A program made the translations under genes and the position numbers. Shown in pieces: positions 1 through 12,800 of a stretch of DNA of 64,000 bases. The stretch lies in contig NC_043004.1 of assembly GCF_006345805.1 (NCBI RefSeq), forward strand, positions 49,538,001-49,602,000, in the 5' to 3' direction. Below the pieces are notes generated by a model, which saw nothing but the letters and a program-made list of their open reading frames with translations, was not told the origin of the DNA and did no database searches. This stretch comes from Octopus sinensis. Lineage: Eukaryota. Numbering within the stretch: position 1 is the first letter of the stretch; each line of letters opens with the position of its first letter.

Positions 1-199
1 TTGGATTTACACTTACATAGCATGGACTGCTGAGCACATTTTATGAAAATGAGACTATCATGCACACATAAAAAACAAAAAATAGTTAAAATACTTTCTT
101 AGTATAAAATGGAGGCAAGTTTTACATCATCTGAAAAGTCATTAGTTGAACTATGAGCCCTCTTGCATTCTGTGGGGTATCGGAGCGTTTGAATGACAT

Positions 200-520
200 T
201 AGACCCTAACAAACACCCATAAATTGTGGCCTGTCGACCTGTGCCTGACAGCCATGATTGTGGCCCATTGCGCTTTATGTGTTAAGGAAGAAATTACTGC
301 AAAGGCAGAAACTTTTCTATCGTTTTAAACAGAAGAAAATGAAATGGCTTGGTTATGCAGCATGATACTATGATCCCCCATCACAAGAAAATATGGTCAT
401 GCATAGAAAAGGAATGGAAAAACCCCAAAGAGGGTGGTCAAGTAACATCAAAGAATAGACAGGGTGAAAAACTGGGGAATATGAGGTTAGCTGATGACTG
501 ATGATGAATAAATGCTGTAG
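200..520 (+). mobile_element. Highly decayed RTE/BovB-like LINE 3' fragment
   Basis: Remnant peptides KQKKMKWLGYAA and WSSNIKE*TG resemble the RTE C-terminal RRKLKWFGHV...W.DNIKEWTG. Confidence 0.45.
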
Positions 521-725
521 TTGCTATTCTACACAGAATTAACAATATAAGACTTCAAATAATATGTTTCAACATACATGACAAATCAATGACTTAGTAT
601 CTTCAGATACTGCAGTTAATACCTTAAGATCAACAACTTAAGACTAATAGGTTGAGACCAAGAACAGCCATTTACTTTTAATTTTTTACTAAGACAAAAG
701 AAAGAAAACAGCAGTTAATAATTAC

Positions 726-753
726 CTTTTGTATTTTATTTGCGTTGATGGTG
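726..753 (-). CDS. Candidate micro-exon, 28 bp (PSTQIKYK or TINANKIQK depending on phase)
   Basis: Acceptor tttcttaatttcag, donor AAG|gtaata; open in two frames. Confidence 0.4.
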
Positions 754-899
754 CTGAAATTAAGAAATTTGAGGTTTAATTACAGATTAAGATATATAAA
801 TAGGATGGATTTAATATTAGACCAAATTATATAATTTGGCTTTAATAGAAAATATGAAAGAAAAGTGTTTTTGAATATCTTCATCTATTCTAACCAGAG

Positions 900-1450
900 G
901 CTATATATTGTCTCACTGGCACCTTCTTTCCTTTGTTGCAAAGTCATGGTAAAATATTTTCCTAAACTCTCAATGATGTTAGCTACCTAAGTTTCCATGG
1001 CAAAAAAATTAAAATAGGAATGCACAAAAAGCTCTTTTAAAGACACGCAGCAGCAGCCCATATTCTTATGCCATTCAATAAGCTTTGCCACTAACCTCCA
1101 GAAATGAGAATCTTCGCATGTTTCTAGGAAACCATGAATTACATTGCAAAATGCACACCATGCTTTCCTTTAGACTGCTCATCTTTTTTTCAAGTTTTCT
1201 TAACTTCAATATCCCATTTACTCAAACTTTAACAAGTGCACCATCCTTAAATGTGGCATCAGAGAACTTTGGTAAAAAAATAAGGTGAATTTTTTGAAAA
1301 GATTCTCCTCTCAAATCTACTACCTTTACAAACTATTTTAACAATCCCAATTTTATATGAATTTCCACAACATTTAACATTCCTGATAGCAGTTCCTTCA
1401 GTGGGGGTTACTGAACCTTCTAGTAATAACCATTTCATTCAGTCAATGTA
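900..1450 (-). pseudogene. Frameshifted Chapaev3-like (CMC) DNA transposase relic
   Basis: Minus-strand fragments SYKIGIVK, PKFSDATFKDG and KAWCAFCNVIHGFL match recalled LHIKLGLMK, PKLSDAKIKEG and AWxxFxxVVxxFLGN; several stops and frameshifts. Confidence 0.55.
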
Positions 1451-2262
1451 TGTGCTCACATAATGTGAAGTGTCTGGTTGAGGTGGTATAAACTGTCAAA
1501 GTAGCTTCAGTATAGCCCCCTACACTAACTCCTCTGTGATACAGCTTCTGTCAATCTATTGCAGGCTGGTGGATACTTGCTATTGTTGTTGTTGCCTCAC
1601 TGGAAGTTTAATGTTGCACTTCTTGATGAAGTGGTAGAATGGCTTCAACTTGAATTGACTTGAGATTTGAAATTTTTCAAAGAGAACTAGGCCATGAGGA
1701 CTGTGCCTCCAGGTAAATTTAATAGAGCAGTGTACATTTGGTTCCAAACAAGTTTCCAAAGCTGAAAATACTGTTTCACCAGAATCATTGGTGAACAGTT
1801 ATAAGTTTTGTTGCAGTTGAAGTAAAGAATTTGCAAGTTCAGTATAGACTTCGATATCAGTGACACAATAATAAGTAGATATATGGTATGAAACTTGCAA
1901 GTGTGTTTACTAACACTCAAAAATTTAGGCTTCACAATAGGGTAAACAAAGTTTGACTATCCTAATTTATTCTTCCCCCATTAAAACTAATCTTAGAAGG
2001 GATCTGCTTTTAAAATTTTCATGCCAAATTAAGTTAATTTATTCTAATTTATTATCCCTATGCATTATTTAATGGACTACCATTTTTTAAAAAGGAAGCT
2101 AAGGTATGATTTGAAAGCTGTTATTTTTAGCAGGTCATGTAACAACACAGAGGTTTCCTTATTAGTTAAAGAATGTTTGTATTTGTAGCAAATGTGCATC
2201 TCAGTTTTGTAAGCAGGTCACAGTTATGCCTTTTATAGGGTCATCAACTTGTAGCTAAAGTA

Positions 2263-3454
2263 TTGGGTCATCTCATGAATAATGCAATTTTTTTACACTC
2301 CTTTTATTTTTCTCTTCTTCATTTTCTATAATGCTCTTCCATCTATCTGGTAGACTTGCAAGGCTCCTCCCCCAAAATTCACTTGTCCGTGATGAAAAGT
2401 ACTCCTCCAGTACTGTTCTGAGCTCATCTACAGAATTCATATTTTTTCCATCCAAATGATTTTGAAGACTGTGGAATAAATGATAATCAGATGGGGCAAT
2501 GTCTGGCGAATATGGTGGGTGGGGCATCATTTCCCATTCAAACAGCTCCAGCCTTTGGAATGTCATCCTCGCTGTATGTGGCCAAGCATTATCCTGATGG
2601 AAGAACACCTTTGGGTTGAAACCAAAGATGGTTGTTTTGCTTCTAGTGCTGACTTAAGCCACTCAAGCTGCTTGCAGTAGATAATCTTTGTTACTGTTTG
2701 GCTTAGGTTTAAGAGTTCAAAATGGACTAAACCTTTTATATTCCACCAAATAGATAACCTACCCTACCTACTGTCTTCAGTGCTTGACATTTTTATAGAA
2801 AACCTATTTCTTGTCACCAGTCACTATTCAGTCCAAAACAGGTTCATTTGTGAGATGTGAGGGCAAAGAAGAGCACACATTCACACTCTGCACGTGATTA
2901 GACTTGGAAAGTTTGTGAGGAAATCAGTGACCCAATTTGTTGACTTTTCTGATGGCATGTAGGTGTCGATGAATGGTTGAATGACTAAATCCAAGCTTCT
3001 CTGCTTGTTCCTCAACAGTTACAAAGAGATTTTGTTCCACCAGGGCTCTCAGGGCGTCTTCTTCGAGTTCTACAGATCTCCTAGGATGAGGCTCGTCTTC
3101 TAGGCTGTAGTTTCTGGCTCAGAATTTCTGGAACCACCACTGACACTTGCTTCTGCTTATTGTCCAATCCCCATATACTGCATTAATAATCTTTTCACTT
3201 TCTGTTGCGTTATTGCCTTTGTTGAACTCATAAAGCAAAATATGCTGAACATGCTTCTTTGTCACTTTCGTTATAGCTTTGAAAAAATAACTTTTAAAAT
3301 TGAACTGCACTCTTCAAAACTTGCACTAAGAATAAGGACAAAGTAAAATTACTATCTGTTTTTATAGCAAGTTGATGCAGATAGTTTATCCCATCCTCCT
3401 CCGGCCTTTAGCTCATACAATTTTAAAAAACCACATTATTTATGAGATGACCAG
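2263..3454 (-). mobile_element. Mariner (DD34D) element, decayed, with TIRs and TA flanks
   Basis: ORF 2273..2608 has HQDNA..x34..SDYHLF and YSPDIAPSD; ORF 3119..3310 is the N-terminal HTH; TIRs ttgggtcatctcatgaataatg / cattatttatgagatgaccag; TA at 2261 and 3455. Confidence 0.92.
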
Positions 3455-3859
3455 TATTTTCTGAGCCTTGGATGTAATCTTGGTAATGTTATAAATGTGT
3501 GGTCACTATGAAAGGTCATCAGAGATTTGTAAGTTCTAGAAATTGTTAAGTTAAAGAAAGTAGTTATCAGCATGGAGGTTTTGTAAGGAAGTACTATCCC
3601 TTAATGGAGCAGCTAAAGAGCAGAAGGGCATCATCTGCCCAAGGTCTGTTGGAGTGTCAGTGAGTGACCATCTTCTGTGACATGCCATTTAAGCCAAAGC
3701 TTAACTACTCTGGGTCACAGTAGACCTGGGAACAATAGTGACTAAGTGATAATTCCACACTCCTTGAAACCCCAGAACTCCCAAACCTGGGACCCACTAC
3801 CAGATGCAGTTTAATGTCAAACCATATACATATATATGCCAGTGTTGTGTCGTTGGCAC

Positions 3860-4250
3860 GTAAAAAGCACTCTTCAAACATTGGGTGATATGCTGTGCTT
3901 GGGTCGTGGTCAATTCCAGTGATGTCTGACTGGCACCCATGCTGGTGGCACATAAAAAGCATCGTTTGCACACTGGGCCTCATGGAGACGTAACAGGTGA
4001 CCGAAACCTTTGGAGATACACTCTGCTTATGAAGACCTGTCAAGCCAAGTGAGATCATAGTAATGGCTGATGCTGGTGTCATATCAATGGCACCCACTAC
4101 ACTCTTGGAGTAGTTGGTGTTAGGAAGGGCATCCAGCCATAGAAACCATGCCAAATCAGATTGGAACCTGGTGCAGTTCCCCAGCTTACCAGTTTTCAAT
4201 CAAACCATCCAACCCATGCCAGTATGGAAAGTGTACGTTAAATGATGATG

Positions 4251-4252
<2 letters not shown>
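3860..4252 (+). mobile_element. RTE-tail-related short retroposon ending in (GAT)n, followed by (TA)n(CA)n
   Basis: 3' end (aagggcatccagc...aacccatgccag...cgttaaatgatgatgat) is homologous to the tails of the RTEs at 19.3 and 23.3 kb. Confidence 0.75.
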
Positions 4253-4300
<48 letters not shown>

Positions 4301-4395
4301 GTATACAGACAGACAGATAGAGAGGGAGAGCGAGAATGAAGTAAGAACAAGCATTTATTTATAATATAATTTTCATATTTCTCCTTTAATATTAC

Positions 4396-4420
4396 ATGTC
4401 CTCAGTATCTCCATATCTTC
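4396..4420 (-). CDS. Candidate micro-exon, 25 bp (EDMEILRT in frame 0)
   Basis: Acceptor tacatttcag, donor gtaata; its phase does not follow directly from 5258..5292. Confidence 0.3.
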
Positions 4421-4819
4421 CTGAAATGTAAGAGCTTAATACTCTCAGTAAATTAAGTATTTATTCTAACAGTGTTCTCATTACAGGTTTCATTACCTGT
4501 TTCTATACTAAGATCTTATTTACTCAATACAGACCTTACAAATCTAACAAATTTCCCTGTAAGTAACATTACACTCAAATGTCTTTATAAATATTTTCGG
4601 TTGTACATGTACAGGGGTCATTTGTAATTAGAAAAAACAAGTGAGTATAAGTGAAAGGTAAGTAGAAGATTAGAGTTTTGAAGCTAATGATGTTGTCAAT
4701 GTTTAATCCCAGATCAACCCTGATTGAGCAGACCTATTCTAGCCATTGTCCTCATTTCTTATCTAGACACTACATATCTAGGACTACATTATGTAATGTG
4801 TCTTTCTTTATATATATGT

Positions 4820-5021
4820 GACCTCGTGAGTACCGCTGGCGATTTTTTTTCTCTGTCTTCCCTTCTCGGGATCTTTCCTTCTTCTATGTTTCCGACGAAG
4901 AGCTCCGCTCAAAACGTTAAACCCTCCTTCTTCCCTTCTTTCCTGAGCGTCCAATAATACTTTATTTGTTCCACGTCCTCGCGTTGTTGTTTTTTTGTGT
5001 TTTCTTGTTTGGATTAACTTT
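4820..5021 (+). mobile_element. Penelope-like terminal-repeat fragment between TA repeats, carrying a degenerate hammerhead motif
   Basis: GC-richer island with ccgacga-a-gagc-tcc-gctc-aaaa-cgtt; (TA)n on both sides. Confidence 0.55.
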
Positions 5022-5257
5022 ATATATATATATATATGAGTGCACTACATCTTATAGCAGAAACAGATCTAAGCTAATGAAGTTTATTACATAACATTTC
5101 CTTTTTCTGGTGTCATCTCTTTGTTTTTTATATATATATACATATATAACTGCTCTTCCATTAGCTAATAATAATGCTGTGAGCGACAGGTGAATGAATG
5201 GAAAAGATATATGCAATAGATAAGTAAAAAGATAAAATAAAGTAAAAATTACTCTAC

Positions 5258-5292
5258 CTCTCTTTCTGCTCTTGATTATCTCTCTTATTTAT
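5258..5292 (-). CDS. Candidate exon, 35 bp, phase 0->2 (INKRDNQEQKE)
   Basis: Acceptor ccttctgtatttgcag, donor AG|gtagag; downstream connection unresolved. Confidence 0.45.
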
Positions 5293-6196
5293 CTGCAAAT
5301 ACAGAAGGAATGAAATGCTTTTGACTTTTTTAGCTGATGAGACATGAGAGTGACAAAAAAAAATTTTTTAAATAGGGACCCTCACGAGGTTTAAAACATA
5401 TTACTTTTATTAGAACCTTGCAACTATAAAACTGTGACACTACTGTTTTCTTATCACTTTTGAACCAATTCCCCCAACACACTCCAACCATTAGCTCACA
5501 GATGCCCTTTACATTTTCTGCCTATTTTATCATCATCATCATTGCCATGGCCATCAGAATGGTCTCTGTTCCTTTGAACTACATAACATCTGTTAAACAG
5601 TCATTTTCAATCAAGCCCACCCACCTCTCTGCTTAGATTACATACTATATAATATCTAAGTAATTATTCCTTCACAGAACAATAATCATTGGGAACTCTC
5701 TCCTGGCCCACATTTTTCTTGCATTTTCTGTAGATACTGACCTATAAATGTTCAAAAGGAATATTAACCATATCAGTCTCAGTAATCTGGGAGAGCCAGC
5801 AGTGGTCTTATATACTGGCTCTCCCCTCTATCCAATCAAAAATTAAGTCTAAGATTGTTCTGAATCCACCTTGTACATCCTGTGTCTCATTGTATTGTTT
5901 TAGCTCTTCTCTATGATGTGTAGATACAAAAACATCAACAGAACAAGTAACTAATTCTAGAAATTTTGTGATGCAGTACTAAATACACCAAGGAAGAAGT
6001 TGCAGGCTTATCTTACTGGGACCTATTTTTTAAATTCTGTTTCAGTATCTACACAAACAGTCGAATTAAAAATACACATCCAAGTTACAAAAAAAAAAAA
6101 AAAAAAAAAAAAGTCAAATTTGTATTACATCCAAAGTTTGTCAAAGTTGTTTTAAATACAGATTAAAGAATGTTTAAAGATTCCTGTGTTGAAACA

Positions 6197-6480
6197 GATA
6201 TTGTTATATTTTGGGACGGTCATTTTTTTTTTTTGTCAAATAAATACATGCACTATATATTCATTCTCCACTTGTTTATTACTGTTTTTATTTTATCTTA
6301 TGTTTATTGTCCAGAAATATTTCGCTGTAGAGGACATAGATGTGAAACGAAAGATTTCTGAACAATGGACATAAGATAAAATAAGAACAGTAATAAACAA
6401 GTGAAGAGCAAATATATAATGCGTGTGTTTATTTGACAAAAAAAAAAAGCCAATCATCCTGAAATATAACAATAATATTT
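6197..6480. mobile_element. Foldback/MITE-like element with ~120-bp inverted arms
   Basis: 6197-6320 is the reverse complement of ~6355-6480 with scattered mismatches; a related copy lies at 55.2-55.9 kb. Confidence 0.75.
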
Positions 6481-7489
6481 TAAAGACATTTTTTTTTATT
6501 ACATTGATAGTAAAGAATTAAAATAAATAAAGCAAGTACATTCTCTTCCATACAGCACACCAACAAACTACATTTCTTTTGTTTTTGTATTTTACTCAAG
6601 ACACAAGTATCCAAGCATGCAGTTTTTTTTTTCCTGAAACCCAATTTTTTTTTACTCTTAAATTAAATGAGAATGACAGAAGTGGTGGAGCAAAAGACAA
6701 AAGGCTTCATAGTATTTACTTACACCTCTTGGTTTTGATTTCAAATTGTGCTTAAGTAAACTTTGCATTCCACTCTTCTGAGATAGATAAAATAAGTAAT
6801 ATTAAAGTACTGGATTCATATACTAGGTAAGTACTAGATTGATAGAATCACTTATACTGTACTATTCCAGTGGAAAAAGTTCTGGCCGTCCAATGTTAGA
6901 AATTATTATTTTGGATTAATTTAGAATTGAATACATAGGTATTCTCAAAACTGACTGTTGATGAAGAAACAGAACATTCGAAAGAGTAAATTTATTTGAG
7001 TCAGCATCCACACTCAGTTTGAAAATGCATTCTGACTTCATTAAATGTGCCAATTTATTATTAAATCTACACAGATAAAGATTATAAGTTAATTATATCT
7101 AGTGATGTATGTCTGTGCCTTATAATTTGTTTTCACTCAACTCAATGCGATTTTCAGGTCTGTTTTCTTCAAGAAAACAGACCTGAAAATCTGGTTCCTT
7201 GAAGCACTTCAAAATGTCACTTTATTCACCTGGCAGTCTCCTGCTACTCAGATAAGTAATCATACTGACTTGTAGTTTATGTTACAGTCTACTACATCAA
7301 GTGTGTATGTGACAACTTAAAGCTAACATGAATTTTCCATTTTTAGCATAGCTCTCACTTCTTAAGTGGTTTATTACAAACAAACTATTTAGTTGTGGAG
7401 TGCTTCAATACACAGGATAGTAATATTTTGCAATGTCTGCATATACACACCAGAGTTCTTTTCTACAGTCTAAATATTTATACACACAC

Positions 7490-9503
7490 CATCATCATCA
7501 ATATTATTTTATGGCTGTTTATCCAAGTTTGCATGGGTCAGATGGGCCTTTTCTAGCACAGTGTTTTGCCACTTGTTGCAGTCCTGATCTCTTTTGTGAG
7601 GTTTAATCTCTTGTGATCAACTTTCAACATTTCTTTGTTTCCTTCTTCAATGAGATCTTCTACTTGGATCATTTAACACTTCTTTATGCAGCTATCATTC
7701 TCCATACACATCATGTATCCATTCTAGCTCAGTCTTCTCTCTTGCATACTACATCTGGTTCCTTTTACACTCAATTTTCCTCCTAGTTCATATGTGCACC
7801 ATTGTTCATGCACATAAAATTACACACCCAGCAGGACATGTTTTCCACATTTCTTTCCAAATGTTACAAATTTTCCACATTCAATGCCCATATTTTGCTT
7901 CAAGCAATGTTGCTCACAAAAATCAAACAAAATGCTTATCACTCAGAGACAGAATCCCTTTGTTACCAGCAAAATTGATAACACCTTAAACTTTGCCCAC
8001 TGTTCTTATTCTGGCTAGTTTGCTTATGAAACATCCCTTCTACTTCTAATTGAATTAATCAAAGTAACTTAAGCTTTGCCCACTGTTCTTATTCTGGCTA
8101 GTTTGCTTATGAAACATCCCTTCTACTTCTAATTGAATTAATCAAAGTAACTTAAGCTATTAGCTACTTCCAGGGAACCTTTAGAGCTTTTGAACTAATT
8201 TATTTGGAAACTAATTGCACTGTTAATTACTCTCACACATCTGCTACATATGAAATGTTTCTTCTCTGTACTCCCATAATTTACATTGAATACATCATAT
8301 GCAATTCTGAATCAATTCCTTTTCTGTACATGGCCACTTCCAGTTGGCAGTAGAGTCTTGCTTTTTCCTAAAATTTTTGTTTTTGCTAAGTTTATTTTAA
8401 AACCTCTTTCTCCAGGGCTTGGTTTTAATATTTAATATTTTCTCAGATTCTTTGACAGATTTAGCTATCAGAACTAGATCACCAGCATACAAAATTACCT
8501 ACAGGCAGACAGTCTTCAACTCCTCTGTCATGGCCTGGTGGTGATAAGAAGAATGAGCTGAGAACTGAACCCTGATGAACATTACATGTACACTAAGTTC
8601 TTATTGAACTCATTTTACAGACAATATCTCTATACATACCTTGCAGAGCTCTCAGAAGCTATTCATTTACACCTTGTTATCCAAGCAATCACCAGATTAC
8701 AGAACATAGCACCCAGTCAAAGATCTTCTCCAGGTCAACAAATTCTAAGAATCCAATGGCTTGTTCTATGTTAAGCACTTCTGTAGTTATCACATTTAGT
8801 AGAAAGAATTGGTGATACACTGCCCTGTCACATACCCAAACTGCATCTTATCTAAGATAGTTTTCTTCTAAATTAGTTATGTTATGACTTTTCCGGTACC
8901 TTCATAATTTGGTCTCTTAGTTTGATGCTTCTTAATAACTTCTCGCTGCTGAGTATCACATTTGCTCTTGTTGTAGTTCATGATGATACTGCTATGCCAG
9001 TCATTAGAAATGTCTTCCTGTATGAACTGATTTACTATGCAAGTGACTACTTCATCAGATGTTTTCAGCATGTCAGCATCTAGTATTGATGTCTTACCTG
9101 TTCTCATAACCTTAATGGCCATTTCAACCATAAACCTATCAACTTCAATAGCTAATTTTCCTGTAGAGCCTGCTCCATGTGGGCCCAACAGAGAAAGACT
9201 TTAACTACTTGAAGTAATATAATTCTCACTCCTACACATTCTCATAATTTACCTCCATCACAGTAGCATCTTTGTACTTCCTTCTTCCTGGTGTCAGTGA
9301 GAAGTATTATTATACACACTTTCACCAATGACATCCTGATTTAAAACAACACAGTTTAGAAATTCAAGACACCTCAAGTCTCAAGCATTGGCAAACGTCT
9401 TACTTTATGCATACCTCATAAAAATATGCTTCTAACTTTTCTTCTAGCTACCCAATACTGCTTCTATTCTTTACAGTCCTGTCTCTCAGCTTTTATGACT
9501 CTA
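7490..9503 (-). mobile_element. Old decayed RTE LINE, 3' part (RT remnant and (GAT)n tail), interrupted by the Gypsy insertion
   Basis: ORF 8877..9188 (MRTGKT..DMLK..NDWHSSII.NY) aligns to the intact RTE at 20-22.7 kb; catcatcatca tail at 7490-7500. Confidence 0.8.
7991..8156. repeat. Perfect 83-bp tandem duplication
   Basis: 7991-8073 is identical to 8074-8156. Confidence 0.95.
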
Positions 9504-9508
9504 TCAAC

Positions 9509-9715
9509 TTTTATATCCTTGGAAAACATTGGATACATAATTTAATGATGCTGAGGTAAAATCAATGTCTTCACATGATGTACTTCATGAGACTCTAAAC
9601 ATCCTTTCAATGACTCCTATCGATCTCTTTGTCTCAACCAATATGCTACTCTTTATAAGAGTTCGGCTAGTCCATTCTTTTAATCCTCCAGAGGTGTCAA
9701 TGACACTCCACAACA
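9509..9715 (-). repeat. 3' LTR of the Gypsy element
   Basis: Begins TGTTG after the polypurine tract; direct repeat of 13838..14045. Confidence 0.9.
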
Positions 9716-9830
9716 TCTCCCCTTTGAGACTGACTTCCATTGGAAGTTAATATTATTTTTATTTATTTTTCTTCCATCACATCTCTCTTTTTGAGATTTT
9801 CCTCCTAGGGAAGTTTAATATTTCTTCTGT

Positions 9831-12800
9831 TTAGGCATTACTTCGAACTATTCTGTTTGCTTCCTCTTTCTTGTTGCTGCTACACCTAAGTTCGATTTCT
9901 TGTAGTGTTGGAACATCAAAGGTGTTACAGAATACTTCCATGGGCATCTCTTTTCTTTTTTCTGTATATCTATTTTTTAGCTGGTTTAAATGTCTTTTGT
10001 GTTCCCATTTTCTGCCCCTTATCATACATGTCATTTTGCCTATTCTTTTTGTTACTACTCAATCTTCCCAACCTTGTCTTCCATTTTTATATACTTTGAA
10101 AAAAACCTTGTCACTGATATTAAAATACTTTGTCGTATTTTTGGTGTTTTCCTCTATTTGTTTTACATACTGGTAACAACTTGTCAAAAACTGACTTTAT
10201 TTATTGAGCAAACATTAGTTCTGCAGGCAACTTGCCTGGAAAAGTGTTTGGGTTTGGTGTTATCTTATAAACCCTCAAGAATTGTGTCAATGCTGCATCA
10301 TCGACTAGCTCGTTTCTTGATTTCTTTAATGTTCTTTTAAATGTATCCACAAACCTTTCCACTTGCCTGCTTGATCTTGGGGGATACAGAGAAGGATAAG
10401 TGATATGTTCAAATGAGTACATCTTGCAAAAATTCTTAAATTCATTCGCCGTGAATTGTGTACCATTATTGAAGACTAAGGTATCCAGGACACCATACCG
10501 AGCAAAAAGTTTGTGTAGAAATTTCACTGTTACTGTGGGTGTCAGTTTTCTGCATTTACACATTTCTGGCCTTTTTGTAAAGCTATCTACCACCATTAGA
10601 TATTATGATCAGTGTACCGGTCCTGCAAAGTCTATTGAAATTTTATAGGTGGTGATTTCGCTGCAAGAGCACAACCTCTGCAAGATTTTATCAACTTCTC
10701 AATATCTAGATCCATTTTTGGCCAGTAAACATAACTCCTCATAAGTGACTTCATCCTAGAAATTCCTGGATGTCTAGTGTGGAATTCCTTTAACATTCGA
10801 TCTTGTAGTGAGGTAGGCATTATGACCCTCTGTGCATACAGAAGCACATTATCACATATCAAATGCAAATTCAAAACAGTGTTATGTCCAGCCACACGTA
10901 TGTTTTTATTTGTTTCTTCTGATCTCACTATTTCTTTCATTTTTATGATAAACTTGTCTGTCTCTCACTTAATTTTTATTTCCCCCAATGTCACGGGCAA
11001 TTCATGCACAACATTGCACAAGATATTTTTTATTTCATTTTCAGCTTTTAACGCCACTATCTCTGTGTCTTCTAGTGATTCACTGTATTTTGGTATTAAC
11101 CTTGACAAACCATCTGCATGTCCCAATTTTTTTGATGGCAAATACTCCATTTTGAAGTCGTAATTCAGTAGGATCGTTCCCCAGCGTTGCAATTTATTGG
11201 CTGTATATGCGGGGATACCCTTTTTTGATACATAGATTGACAATAATGGGCGGTGGTCTGTCTGTAGACAGAACTTTCTTCCATGTATAAATTTATGGAA
11301 GTTTTTTACCACAAATATGATGGCTAATGCCTCTTTTTCTATCTGACTGTAACTTTTCTCAGCCAGCAATAATGAACGCAAAGCATGACCTACTGCTTTC
11401 AGGCTACCATCTTCATAGTTGTGTAAAATCACAGCTCCAATACCACTTTCACTATCATTTGCTGCCACTATTATTTCTAAATTCGGGTCAAAATGTGATA
11501 ATGACAATTCCAACGTAGAGACGTTTTTAATTTCTTCAAAACCTTTTTGGCATTTGTCTGATTAGTTCCACTTATCATCTTTTTTTAACAAGTCATTCAG
11601 GGGTGCTCTTAAATCGTGCATATTCAATATGTATACCTAGTAATAATTTGTGATCCCCCCAAAATGCTTGTAATGTAATGTTTGTTGGGGGTGGGGGGTG
11701 GGGGTGGGCATATTTTTTTATTGCACTTGCCCTAGATGGTCTGGTCTGCATCCATTTTCATAAATAATCTGCCCTAGATATTTTATTCTTGGCATAAAAA
11801 AATTCACACTTTTCCTCGATGAGCTTAAACCCATAATCTTTTATTCTTTCGAAGACCTTTTTAACATGCTCAGCATGCTGACCCTGAGATTCACTTTTTA
11901 TGAATATGTCATCAACGTAAGCGACAATGAAATCCAAACCTCTGAGCATAATGTCCATAATTTGTTGGAAAATGCCAGGTGCTAACTGCATACCAAAGGG
12001 GAGTTGATTAAATTTATACAACTCTTTATGGGTATTTATTGTCAATAATTTTGAACATTCCTCATCGACTTTTGCCTGCAAATATGCTACAGATAGGTCT
12101 AACTTTGAAAAAAAATTTTCCTTCATTCAACTTTGCAAAAATCTCCTCCGGACTTGGTAACAGGTAATTATATGGCATCAAACATTCATTTAATCCTGTT
12201 GAAGAATCAGCGCAAACTTGGATTTTATTACTTTTTTTCTTAACATAAACTGTAGGGGACGCCCATTTTGTGTAATCAATTTTTTTCAATAACGCCAAGC
12301 TTTTCAAGTCTATCCTATTCTTCATTGACTTGTTTCAATGCTGTGAAAGGTACCATTCATTTTGGTTTAAAAACCCGTATAGCATTTTCTTTCACTTGAA
12401 ACTCCATCTCTGTTTTGGTGCAAAGAGCCAATTCATGAGAGAAAAAACTTCAGGAAAAAATTTTTTAAATCCTTTGACACCTTATTTCTACTGGTGGAAG
12501 AACCATTCACATTTTCACAAAAAATATTTATAGGAACGTCCCATAAATTAGCTAGTTCCATCCAGTCTGTTCCAAATAAATTTGTTGTATTTTTCAACAA
12601 AAAAACTTTTGCTTTCAAGGTTTTTCCACAAAATGTAACGTCACTTATCATTTTTCCATTAAAATGCAATTTTTTACTGAAATACCTCATGTAATTTTCA
12701 AAGTTTCTTTTAATCTAGGTTTCCCTATATTTCTCCATGTATCTGTATTAATTATCATGATATTACTGCCTGTATCCAATTGTAACTTGATAGTCATGTT

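Noticed and set aside
5789-5825. 11-bp GC-rich stem-loop resembling a terminator
   Set aside because: No U-tract, eukaryotic intron, embedded in decayed repeat; no further support
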